Assembly: GCA_965202585.1 (NCBI GenBank)
Contig: OZ241833.1
Location: 13,330,001 to 13,394,000, forward strand
Reading direction: 5' to 3'
Length of the DNA stretch: 64,000 nucleotides
Source: Thalia democratica
Taxonomy: Eukaryota
The first letter of the stretch is position 1. Each line of letters opens with the position of its first letter. The notes under the pieces were generated by a model that searched no databases, had not been told where the DNA came from, and worked only from the letters and a program-made list of their open reading frames with translations. Below are positions 39,101 to 47,648 of this stretch, one piece after another. Position numbers and translations under genes: made by a program.

Positions 39101-42100
39101 AATGGAAGGAAACTGCAAGAGAGATTGCAGAAAAGGATCAGGAACTGCTTTTTATGATGAAGAATGTGAAGCTTGTGTACTAAGAATACTCGGAAGATCT
39201 TGCTGGGACTGTTTTGGTCAATGCTTTAGAAACAAAGGATATATGGATCACAAACTGTGAGTAACAAATAGATTCTTTATTAACAATTTTAATAACGATT
39301 TTTACACATTACTTATTTAAAAAAAAAAATTTCACCCTTTATCGCTATTTCAAGTTGGATCTTTTTTAGTTTTATTTATTTTTATTCATTTAAATAAAAT
39401 TAAGAAAACTATAAATATTTATTCACTTTTTCTGATCATACTTAGAAATTATTCTTTTAGATTGTCCGGTTTCTCATAAACTTTTTTTTGGAACCTTTAG
39501 TTTCATAAATACTATGTTCAAAGAATAAAATAGAAATTTTTTTAGTGAAAACTTAGGAGGTCCTTCTGTAGTTCCAGTTGAACACGCTCGTCCGATGAGA
39601 TCTGAATGTTTAAGAAGATGTCCAGATGACTGTCCAACAAACACAATTGAATTAATGGAAGCCAACTGCAAGCCTGCATGTAGAAAAGGTAATAATTTTT
39701 GTTTACTATATAAAGTACGATATATTCACTTGATTAAACATGTTTTTTGTTTTGTGAATATCTTCTATATCTTCCCGTTTTAATTAAAACAATATTTTTT
39801 GATAATCGTTTTACAACTCTAATATAGAACATGGTACTGACTTTTACGATCCTGACTGTGAAGCTTGTGTTATTCGAGTTCTTGGTGGATCATGTTATGA
39901 TTGCTTTGGTCAATGTTTCATAGATATGTACTATCCTGACCCTCACCTGTTAGTAATTTATTACTTACTTTCGCGTATTAAAATTTTTTGTTTTTGAACT
40001 TTGTAGTTTATAACCATTGGTTGTACCTGTAAATGAAGCTCGTACATTAAGTTCTGAGTAGATATCTATCATTTTTTACACTGATATGAAATTTAATAGT
40101 TTGTATCAGGGACGTAGCTAGCTCAAAAAAGCTACGAATCTGCAAAAAGTTTAAACATCTGTAATGACGCGTGATAACGTCCTAGCAAGAACAGAGCAAT
40201 TTAAACAACCCCGAATGTTATCTAATTTAATATAGTAGTATACAGTAATTTCAATACTTTAAAAACTGTATACAAGGCAATTTATGTGTTGCCACTTGTG
40301 TGAAACTATAAAACTTTCATTGAAAATAAGTATAAAAATTGACAACTTAACTCAGAAAATTTATACTGTTAGTGCCAAACTAAGTATAAAAGATACTAAA
40401 ATCTAAGAAAGCAGGGCGTTTATCAACTGAAGAATAGAAACAAAAACTTTTTTTTTTCGCACAAAAGTATACCAAGCTACGTGCCTGGTTTGTAGCATCT
40501 TTTAAGATAAAACACAAGTTTAAATTGAATTTTTTAAACCTGTAATGAACCAAGAAAAAAAAAACTTGCTTTGATAATGATGCTTAAAAATTACCTTAAA
40601 ACTTAATTAGTTGCTTTTTTTTATTATATTAACAAAAATATAATATTATTATTTGATAGCTTTATTTATGAATATAGATACACAAACAATATTGTATTAT
40701 TGAATTAAAATTTAATTTCAATACTTTTATTTGAAATTAAAATTAAAGTTGTACACTTTAGACTTTTTAAGTAAACTAAAAATCTGTTAAGTATTTGTCA
40801 TAAATAAGTTTTGAAAATTAGAAATGAGCAATATTTTTAATTTTAAAGTCATGAGCCATCTGTTGTCCCTGTTGAAGATGCGCGTAAATTAAGATCTGAA
40901 TGTCTAGAGTTTTGTCCTACTGACTGTCCAAGAAACACAATCGAGTTAATGGAAGGAAACTGCAAGAGAGATTGCAGAAAAGGATCAGGAACTGCATTTT
41001 ACGATGAAGAATGTGAAGCTTGTGTTATTAAAACTCTTGGACAACAGTGTTATGATTGTTTTGGACTCTGCTTCCGTGACAGAGGATATATGGACTACAA
41101 ACTGTTAGTTAAGATAAAAAATCAGACAAGTAAATAAGATCAAAATTCATAACTATTAAAGAAATTTCAGGGACAGTCTTTATTTTTTGTTCCTTTAAGA
41201 TTAATAAGGATATGATATTTTGTAAAACAATACACTTATAATTATAAGAAGGTATATTACTTTGAAAAAGTAATTCAAGTTTGTTTGAAACAGTGCACAC
41301 TTGGAAGGAACATCTGTGGTACCTGTCAAACAAGCACGTCCAATGAGAACAGAGTGTCTCAAGAGATGTCCTAAAAAATGTCCGAAAAATACAATCGCTT
41401 TAATGGAAGCGAATTGCAAACCTTCATGCAGAAAAGGTTTTGATTATTAAAATCAATTTTTATATCTTAGTTTTTTTTTTGTTTTGTAATTGTTGATACA
41501 TACTTTAAACTTTCCTATGAATTATAGAGGGCGGTACTGATTTTTACGACCAAGACTGTGAAGAGTGTGTGATTAAAGTTTTAGGAGGAGATTGTTATGA
41601 CTGTTTTGGACAATGTTTCTACGATATGTACTACCCGGATCCTAAAGTGTAAGTCAACTAGCTTTTCTTCGTAGAATATTAAAGTGCTTTACTGTTTATG
41701 AAAACTTAAAACATTTATTTTTAGGTATGAACCTTCAGTAAAACCTGTTAGAAAAGCAAGACGACTAAGATCTCAATGCTTAAGACGTTGTCCTGATGAA
41801 TGTCCGACAAATACTATAAAACTTATGGAAAAAAATTGCAAAAGATCTTGCAGAAAAGGTTTACTAATTTTACAAGCTACCAACTTAAATATTTTAATTA
41901 AACTGAGTTTTTATTAATTTTTGAATAATGAATCGAATTTATTAAATACTAAAAACAACTTTTTTAATTTGAAGTGTGAAACATTTTGTTATCATTTTTA
42001 GAAATTTCAATTTATCCTGTTAATGATTTACGTTTATTTATAGGTTCTGGTGTTGCTTTTTATGACGAAGAATGCGAAGAGTGTGTTATCAAGACATTAG

Positions 42101-42337
42101 GATACCCTTGCTACGACTGCTTTGGACGGTGTTTCAGAAAAAAAAGATATTTTGACCACAAGCTGTTAGTTTTTCTTATTTTATTTAGTAAATTAGATAA
42201 GTTGAAGGTTTCAGCACAGAACAATAAAATTACTTGATGTGTACTTTTATAAAATAAAATTTTTAAACAACTTTTGAACAACCGTACTAATTTTAACTTA
42301 AATTTTCAGGCGTCTTACAGATGAAGAGAAAAACTAG
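6070..42337 (+). CDS. Giant multi-exon gene for a predicted secreted Cys-rich tandem-domain protein (about 5,042 aa, 58 ten-Cys domains); family not recognised
   Basis: The exons join in one frame with GT..AG boundaries. N-terminal exons: 6070-6268, 6409-6529, 6812-6945, 7174-7294, 7456-7592, 8011-8131, 8760-8893, 8983-9103. Units of exon A(143 nt)/B(121)/C(255): U1 9445-9587/9646-9766/9821-10075; U2 10236-10378/10561-10681/10736-10990; U3 11164-11306/11597-11717/11776-12030; U4 12200-12342/12538-12658/12717-12971; U5 13107-13249/13422-13542/13597-13851; U6 14016-14158/15028-15148/16051-16305; U7 16597-16739/16935-17055/17110-17364; U8 17616-17758/17936-18056/18111-18365; U9 18618-18760/18938-19058/19113-19367; U10 20072-20214/20389-20509/20565-20819; U11 21001-21143/22166-22286/22345-22599; U12 22778-22920/23127-23247/23304-23558; U13 23738-23880/24088-24208/24265-24519; U14 24700-24842/25050-25170/25227-25481; U15 25662-25804/26011-26131/26188-26442; U16 26621-26763/26961-27081/27139-27393; U17 27562-27704/27896-28016/28072-28326; U18 28506-28648/28867-28987/29042-29296; U19 29433-29575/29778-29898/29954-30208; U20 30390-30532/30740-30860/30919-31173; U21 31347-31489/32306-32426/33324-33578; U22 33734-33876/34987-35107/35163-35417; U23 35596-35738/37017-37137/37193-37447; U24 37584-37726/37894-38014/38073-38327; U25 38496-38638/38823-38943/39002-39256; U26 39546-39688/39828-39948/40849-41103; U27 41294-41436/41528-41648/41725-41858+42044-42164. 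Last exon 42310-42337 (RLTDEEKN-TAG). Sum 15,129 nt = 5,043 codons. Every A, B and fused C exon has its exact modular length with no indels. No TM segment or GPI tail is seen. Not every A/B exon was translated codon by codon. Confidence 0.88.
7673..7812. repeat. Intronic hairpin of about 65-bp arms (7673-7737 / 7748-7812, 10-nt spacer), each arm carrying a hammerhead motif
   Basis: aatgaatttattcttttaagaatttattttacaaactaagtttcggtcaaagacctcgtcagtgc pairs with gcactgatgaggtctttgacagaaacttaatttgtaaaactaattcttgaaagaataaattcatt, with a few mismatches. Confidence 0.9.
7702..7738 (-). ncRNA. Minimal type I hammerhead ribozyme with intact core (family 1)
   Basis: The minus strand reads UGCA CUGACGA GGUC UUU GACC GAA ACUUAGU U UGUA. 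All core nucleotides are present, stem II is GGUC/GACC, stem III is the self-complementary ACUUAGU, the cleavage triplet is GUU, and stem I has 4 bp. Confidence 0.7.
7868..7886. repeat. (AT)n microsatellite
   Basis: Uninterrupted alternating AT run within an intron. Confidence 0.8.
15241..15360 (+). repeat. Copy of a dispersed repeat of about 130 bp (also 47524-47648 and 63364-63550)
   Basis: Shared core gacaagacgttaaaaggtatccaagtggtgtgcgactcgataaccgaaagg...ggtc...gaccaa...ttttgagcg. Confidence 0.7.
17365..19367 (+). repeat. Recent direct duplication of units U8/U9 including introns (period about 1,002 bp)
   Basis: The A exons at 17616 and 18618 are 1,002 bp apart, and all three introns are near-identical between the copies. 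Confidence 0.85.
19441..19908. repeat. Diverged intronic direct repeat (19441-19603 and 19766-19908) with degenerate hammerhead-like cores on the minus strand
   Basis: The two copies align by eye. The minus strand of 19545-19570 and 19851-19876 reads CUGAAAA GUC..GAC GAAAC and CUGAAAA GUCC..GGAC GAAAC. Confidence 0.6.
21189..21720 (+). mobile_element. Decayed RTE-type non-LTR retrotransposon fragment (region C-terminal to RT) in the U11 A-B intron
   Basis: Translation: INSCIGKA*CTFARLTLRVLIKQKLNIYTKAKVYCSSL*NTLLYGSKTRTLFS*QKKKFNTFPLRCLCSISRIAWQKKIINEKVLRRTSL...IQRKLRWICHVLRM...KRDRGH..KDV...KWRSTV. This follows the RTE motifs RIGKA, TLLYGSETW, LRCLRRIL, W...ITNEEVL and RLRWLGHV.RM, and contains several stops and a frameshift. 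Confidence 0.85.
22600..25804 (+). repeat. Recent sub-array U12-U15 (period 960-962 bp) with near-identical introns
   Basis: A exons lie at 22778, 23738, 24700 and 25662 (spacings 960, 962, 962). The introns differ by scattered substitutions; U12 is the most diverged. Confidence 0.85.
33992..34812. mobile_element. Element bounded by family-1 hammerhead-bearing inverted repeats (33992-34057 / 34746-34812) with about 690 bp of AT-rich interior
   Basis: The left arm matches 7682-7737 except for one change (GAAA to UAAA on the minus strand). The right arm is gcactgacgaggtctttgaccgaaacttagt. Confidence 0.75.
34755..34790 (+). ncRNA. Hammerhead motif with intact catalytic core on the host-gene sense strand (family 1); stem I poorly paired
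   Basis: GCA CUGACGA GGUC UUU GACC GAA ACUUAGU A AUUA. The core and stems II and III are intact and the triplet is GUA, but the proximal stem I pairs are mismatched. Confidence 0.6.
35841..36790 (-). mobile_element. Penelope-like retroelement relic: GIY-YIG endonuclease fragment (about 36790-36440) plus inverted hammerhead-bearing repeats (35841-35920 / 36085-36166)
   Basis: The minus-strand translation NQCNCASGCIYNLKRGNCRSKNILHKATVNSELENMFYIGLCSTQFRFGYANHK, then after a frameshift FKGGEYENETELSKYVCGLRSKNIDFILIW, fits the PLE CNC..C linker and the YIG, RY.NH and ETELSK.IW.LK pattern. The adjacent inverted repeats carry hammerhead cores. Confidence 0.8.
36085..36136 (+). ncRNA. Minimal type I hammerhead motif (family 2) on the host-gene sense strand
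   Basis: UUA CUGAUGA C UAUAUGAG GUUAUAUAU CUAAUAUA C GAA AUGGUCGU A UAA. The core is intact, with C.C in place of G10.1-C11.1, a self-complementary stem III and a 3-bp stem I. The partner arm (35871-35920, minus) reads CUGUUGA. Confidence 0.55.
40007..40061 (+). pseudogene. Dead truncated C-type pseudo-exon
   Basis: After the normal acceptor spacing, tag|ttat-aaccattggttgtacctgtaaatgaagctcgtacattaagttctgagtag matches the start of a C exon, with a 1-nt deletion and TAG at the first Cys codon. Homology ends there. Confidence 0.8.
40107..40487. mobile_element. hAT-type MITE (381 bp) in the U26 B-C intron
   Basis: TIRs CAGGGACGTAGCTAG and (reverse complement) CAGGCACGTAGCTTG match 13/15. The flanks gtttgtat/gtttgtag form an 8-bp TSD with one mismatch. 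Confidence 0.75.
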
Positions 42338-44722
42338 AAAAAATTCTATTTTTTTATATCTTTTGTTTCGTTATTTTCATTTTTAAGTAGTTGTTAAACA
42401 GCATTTTAATATAGTTATAACATTTTACTTCGTTTTTTTATGTTATTTGTGTAAAATTTAATATGATAAAATTAGTTTTAAGAACTTGTAAATGTTTACT
42501 AAAGTTTTATTTAGCTTTTCTAGATTTATATTACTTTTTTTAATTTGTAATGTTTCTCTACAAATAAGTTGATGTATCTTACATTTTTATATTCTAGTCT
42601 ATTGTTGCCCTTTACTTACATGTGCTTATTATTTGCATAGTTCTAAATAAAAAATAGTAAAAAACCTATGTGTTCATTATAAAATTAATGTGTAAATATG
42701 ATATGTATAATCTAAATTTGTAGTAAAGTTTTAGCAAATCATAAAAAAACTGTTAAAAGTCCTTTTTATAAAGAATTTTATAGTCTAGTTTCTTTTTTTT
42801 TTAAGCACAAGTTTAACTTCAACTATTTATATTTTATAATTATCATATATTTATTATAATAGTTCATAATCTTTTTTTAGTTTTTATTAAAATATTTAAG
42901 TTTTGTTCGAAACATTTTTCTACTATCCAACTAAAACTTTAAAAAACTGTTTTACAGAATAAAGTAATTTTAGAAATATTTTTTTATACATTTAAGCTAT
43001 ATAATGTTATAGATATCTTGCCTACTTTAGTCTTTGATACAAAAATATATAATCGATAAATTTTTATAAATTAAACATGTATGCACGTAAAAAAATTACT
43101 TTACAAAATTATCATGAAATTCATTTAGTTAGGAAATTTTGAAAAAAATACTTACTATACGTTATGATACTTTTTATATTTACTTAATTAAACTCAGTGT
43201 TATTCTAAAAAAAAATTAATAAGAAACGATTAATTAAAACGATTATTTGTTGCTTTATCGTATGCAACTTTTATTTATTTTTTTTTGACATCGTTTTTTA
43301 ACTCCTGTTTCAATATTTCTAAAACTCAATTTCTAAAGAACCTCAAATATCAAAAAAGGCATAATAGTTTTAGTTGACTTAATCTAACTACTAATGACAG
43401 TTTATGAAAAGCAATTGTTAGTTAAATTTTTATTTTCTGCGTATCATTAAACGTTTTTGTAAATGCCTTTGACTTTTTATACGAAATAGATTATGTTATA
43501 TCAAACTCAAGATTTGCAGCTGAATAAAAGTTTGTTACCTTTTCCAATTATCATAACAAAATACTTAATTATACTCTGATTTGAAAAAAATCCTTTTATT
43601 TTCTCATTCGGATTAAACACATATAAATTATTTAAACGTGCATAATAACTTAATTGTAGTTTTTACCAATATGTATTTTTATTGTTTTTAAAAATGTATG
43701 TTTAAAATGTCTTTTAGCTGAAAATTACATCGCAGGCCGCAGTTTGCCAACATCTAGCGTAGGTTTCCTGTTTAAAAAAAAAAAGGGTATCATTAATTAA
43801 TAATTATTAGTGACATAAAAATTTTTAACAAATATTTTAAAGCTGATCATTCCAAAGTTCTTTTTACTACTTAGTGCTTATTATCTAGTATTTACATTTT
43901 TGAAATCAGTTTATATATTCAACATTAAACACGTTAGAAAATCAATTAGTAAAAAGAACTAAAAAGTCTAATAAAATAGGTACACATTTTAGTAGAAGCT
44001 TTTTTAATAATTGTCTAATCCTACTTTTTTAGGGGTATCTTAGGCTCTAGAAAACTAGATTAATGGCACCTCTAAGAGTACTACATCGCAATTTTAATTT
44101 TACATTTGTTAGTTATTGATGGAGCAATTTTAATTTTAAAGCTATTACTTAAATATAAAATTTAGCTTTTAATCTACAGCTTTAAGTCACTAACAATTCT
44201 AAGTTATTATTCCTTGTTTAAAATTATCAATTTTGGTTACATTTCTTTTATTAACCATAGTGTAAAAGTATAACTTAAGTTTTTGAAATTTTCCATGCTT
44301 TCATTTGCATTACTACACAATCAATTTTTATTTTTTTATTTCCTGATCTATTTTTGATATTTTCATCGTAGATTTATACTCATAATATCTTTTGTCTAGT
44401 CCTTTTATGTATTGAGTTTTTTTGGTTACAAAACTTACTACCTTGAATTTTGTAAAATACTCTCAACTTGGTGCATTTCTAAGTTTCAAATGTAACGTGT
44501 TTTCTTAAGAAACACGGAATACTTTCCTTAATAGCTTTTAATAAAACACTTTTTTAATGACGTAAGTGTCTTCTAAAATCTCAAAGCAATTGTTTATTAT
44601 AAAGTCAGCAATTATTCACAAAATTAAATTAAGTTATTAATAATATGTTTTATTTTTTACATACTTTTTAGTTTTGTATCAAAAATAATGTTAAGTAATA
44701 ATTATAAATATTATAATTATTA

Positions 44723-44860
44723 AAAATAAACTGCCCAGTACCCAGAAAAACAGATAATTGCTCTATTTGCAGTTTAGAAAGAATGGCTATTGCCGAAGCG
44801 GACAGAGATAAAGCACTCAATGTAAGAAAAGAACTAACTTTTAGATCTAGCTATTTTTAA
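44723..44860 (+). mobile_element. Probable 3'-terminal fragment of a Penelope-like GIY-YIG ORF
   Basis: KINCPVPRKTDNCSICSLERMAIAEADRDKALNVRKELTFRSSYF* resembles the PLE endonuclease tail pattern C..C..E...I.......LN.R.EL. The fragment is short and isolated. Confidence 0.5.
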
Positions 44861-47523
44861 TTTTTATCTTTATTATACTTAGTTTCGTAATTTTTGTTTA
44901 TTATACCATCCTAAGTTTAATCTATTCATTTATTTATTACTGTCGATTTATTTTTAAGTGTTATTTTATTTTATTTAATGTTTTTACTTATTTTTCATTT
45001 TATAATTATTTAAATAACTTCTCTTGTATTTACTCAAACACGTTCTTATAATTACTAATTGATTACTAATTAACTACTATCTTATTACCTAATCTCATTA
45101 TATATATATGTGTGCTTCGTATCATTTTATTGTCACTAAGCTCTTATATATTGAGCACTGTATTACATATATTTTATAACTTAAGTACAAATTATGTACT
45201 ATAAATTCATTACTAATTATCTAAAACTTTAGCGTAAAACACAATCAAACCTATAAACGTATATAAATTCTTCGTTTAAACATCGTTTTTAGTAAATAAT
45301 CTAAGCTTTCTTTTGTTTTCCTTTGTTTTTTCTTTTTCAGTGATCGTACAGGCTCCAGGAAACCAGTCAAAAAACGCCCCTTCTTCCCACCAACTATATG
45401 TATTTGTTTTTTTTTTTAATTTACGCGCTAAAAATTGCAAATTTTATTCGCAGATTAAATGTCTGAAATTCTATCTTTTTTTTTTATTAATTTCAATCTC
45501 TTTACAGCAAATTTATAAAACATTCCATACTTCAGTTCTCGATTATGAGTACATATTTTTAAGCGACAATAAATTAGTCAGTTTTAATTATAACTTCAGA
45601 TATGTGTTTTTGTCTTTATATTTTGTTTACATAGTTTTGTCTTTGCTGCCTTTTTTTGATACGAAACAAAAAAGCTTTTATATAAGTCGATGTCTAACAT
45701 TGCTAAATATATTTAAAATAAAGTTTCATAACAACTTTATCTATCATTACAAAATATTTTAAACATAGGTTAGTTCTTGATCAGTATTACTATTTTATAA
45801 ATATTGTTTTTCAAAGTCGCTTTATACTTTAAAACCAATTCAGGCCAAACTTTTTCAACTAGAACTTTGAAGTATAAGAAAACATTGAAAAAACTTTAGC
45901 TGATTGTTGCTCATATTTCTCGCCAAGAGCTTCAAACTCTTCTTTTTTTTTGAGGTACAATTTCACTAAATACTAAACATAGTTCAGGTAATTGTTATAG
46001 AGAAAAAAACATTTAATAAAACTAAAATTTGGACTGCTCATACTTTGATAAGTACAGCATGGGCACATGTTGTTTTTTTCTTACTACTTTAAAACATGTT
46101 TATCAATGTTTTATTTTTAAACACTTTTATTGAACAAGTTTAAAACATACTTACTTAATTAGAATAATAATATATCTCAGCTAAAACTGTCTAGACCTCT
46201 TTTTTTTTCCAAAAAAAAGTAAATGAATGTCACCTTTGTTATCAAAAAAACTTTAGCAAACTAAATAAAAAAGCTAATATATTTCACTTTATAACTAATA
46301 TTTTTAAGCGTTTAACTAAACTATAAATACTTTTTATCCCTATATTACTACATTCTATTTGTCTATTTTACTGTTAAACATTTTACTCTTTCTCATTTTT
46401 TTCTTAAATCTTTCTTAACATTGTTTTTATTGATTTCGTATAACTTGTTTATAATTTCTTTAATTTTTTGTTTGAAGCAATGTTATTAAGCTTTCGCTAT
46501 ATTTTTTAAAACGCTTTCGATTGCATTTTGTCCACATACTCTATAGTCTATAACATTTTATATGTATTAGCTGAACTTTTGAAAAGTTTTTATGGTTTGG
46601 TTTTATGTATGTAGCAAAGAAGTCCTAATTGTTGCTTTGCGTCAACCAAATAGTAAAAAACCTGACCAAATTAAATCTAAGAGGTTCTGTTTAAATTCAA
46701 ATAAACTAAGTATAGTTTTATTTTGATTGTTTTAACCACAGATTTACTTTTTTTAAGTTTTTATTATTAAATAACTTTTATTTAAAAGTTTAAATATAAA
46801 TTATTCATTTTGAAAGTTCGGAAAGTTTATTTATTAATTTTGTTTAGCACTCAGCAGAATAAAATTGCTAAAAAAATGACAATAGCATTAGTATAAACTT
46901 AAGTTAAGTATAAAAATTTATTCATAATAAAGCCAATACTTAAGTCATAAAGAGTCAATTGTAAAAACGTTGTTGTGAAAAATTAGTTTATAATTTTTTT
47001 TTTACTGATTTAAAGTTATGGTTAAAATAAATTGATAGAAATAAAATATAAAGATTATATAAAGTTTACTTAAAACTGAACTAAAACAAAAAAAATACAA
47101 AAACTGACAACAAAAAGAACTATAAAGTCCGGTATTTATACAGGATTAATTTATATACATCTTGTTGTTTAAAAATTTTCGGTTCGCTAGTTTTAATGAT
47201 CAACGATTATAGAACTGAGAGGTGGTAAGTGTTTCTCTCTCTTGATAAAAGTTTTAACTCTATTATCCATTGTAGTTCTAAGCACAACTAGGACTGATGA
47301 CGTATTGTTCACAAAAGGATGATTGTTCACCTTTTGGCTTTACATCGCTAAAAAAATGAGCTTTTTTAGTTTTTTTGTTATATGCTGCTTTCGTCAGTCG
47401 TCTGACTCAGAAATGTTGAGATTTTCGAATTTTCAAAATGGGCAATTTATACATAAACTTTCTAATAAAAATCAGTTCTAAAACAAAGCTTTTTAATAAA
47501 CTTTATGTTTAAAATTTACTGTT

Positions 47524-47648
47524 TAATCCTGGACAAGACGCTAAACTGTATCCAAGTGGTGTACGACTCGGTAATCCAAAGGTTTTTTTTATTCAACAGG
47601 TCCTACGACCAATTATTTTGAGCCCTTTTTTGCTGTACATTAAACTAT
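47524..47648 (+). repeat. Copy of the dispersed repeat of about 130 bp, starting at TTAA
   Basis: ttaatcctggacaagacgctaaactgtatccaagtggtgtacgactcggtaatccaaagg aligns with 15241 and with 63364-63478 (minus). Confidence 0.7.

Larger units (their letters stand above)
9445..42164 (+). repeat. Intragenic tandem array of 27 three-exon units (519 coding nt = 173 aa each; about 0.9-2.4 kb genomic)
   Basis: AB consensus: ENLGGPSVVPVEHARPMRSECLRRCPSDCPTNTIELMEANCKPSCRK-EHGTDFYDPDCEACVIRVLGGPCYDCFGQCFIDMYYPDPHL. C consensus: HEPSVVPVPEARKLRSECLEFCPTDCPSNTIELMEGNCKRDCRKGSGTAFYDEECEACVLRVLGRSCWDCFGQCFRNKGYIDHKL. Confidence 0.95.

Noticed and set aside
10557-39671. Repeated minus-strand ORFs (LPFLHDGLQLASISSIV..., MGVRIVHVYETLTK...)
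   Set aside because: They are antisense shadows of A and B exons, with no independent splice or start signals.
9445-42164. CRISPR-like or Dscam-like mutually exclusive exon array
   Set aside because: The repeats are protein-coding exons in fixed A-B-C order with complementary phases, so they are neither repeat-spacer units nor clusters of alternative same-phase exons.
9445-42164. Assignment to the minicollagen/NOWA CRD, snakin/GASA, ferredoxin or metallothionein families
   Set aside because: Only partial C-x3-C or C-x2-C spacing is shared. The full 10-Cys pattern differs, and a signal peptide favours disulfides over metal clusters.
46620-46690. IVALRQPNSKK motif reminiscent of a PLE linker
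   Set aside because: It is a single short motif with no supporting flanks.
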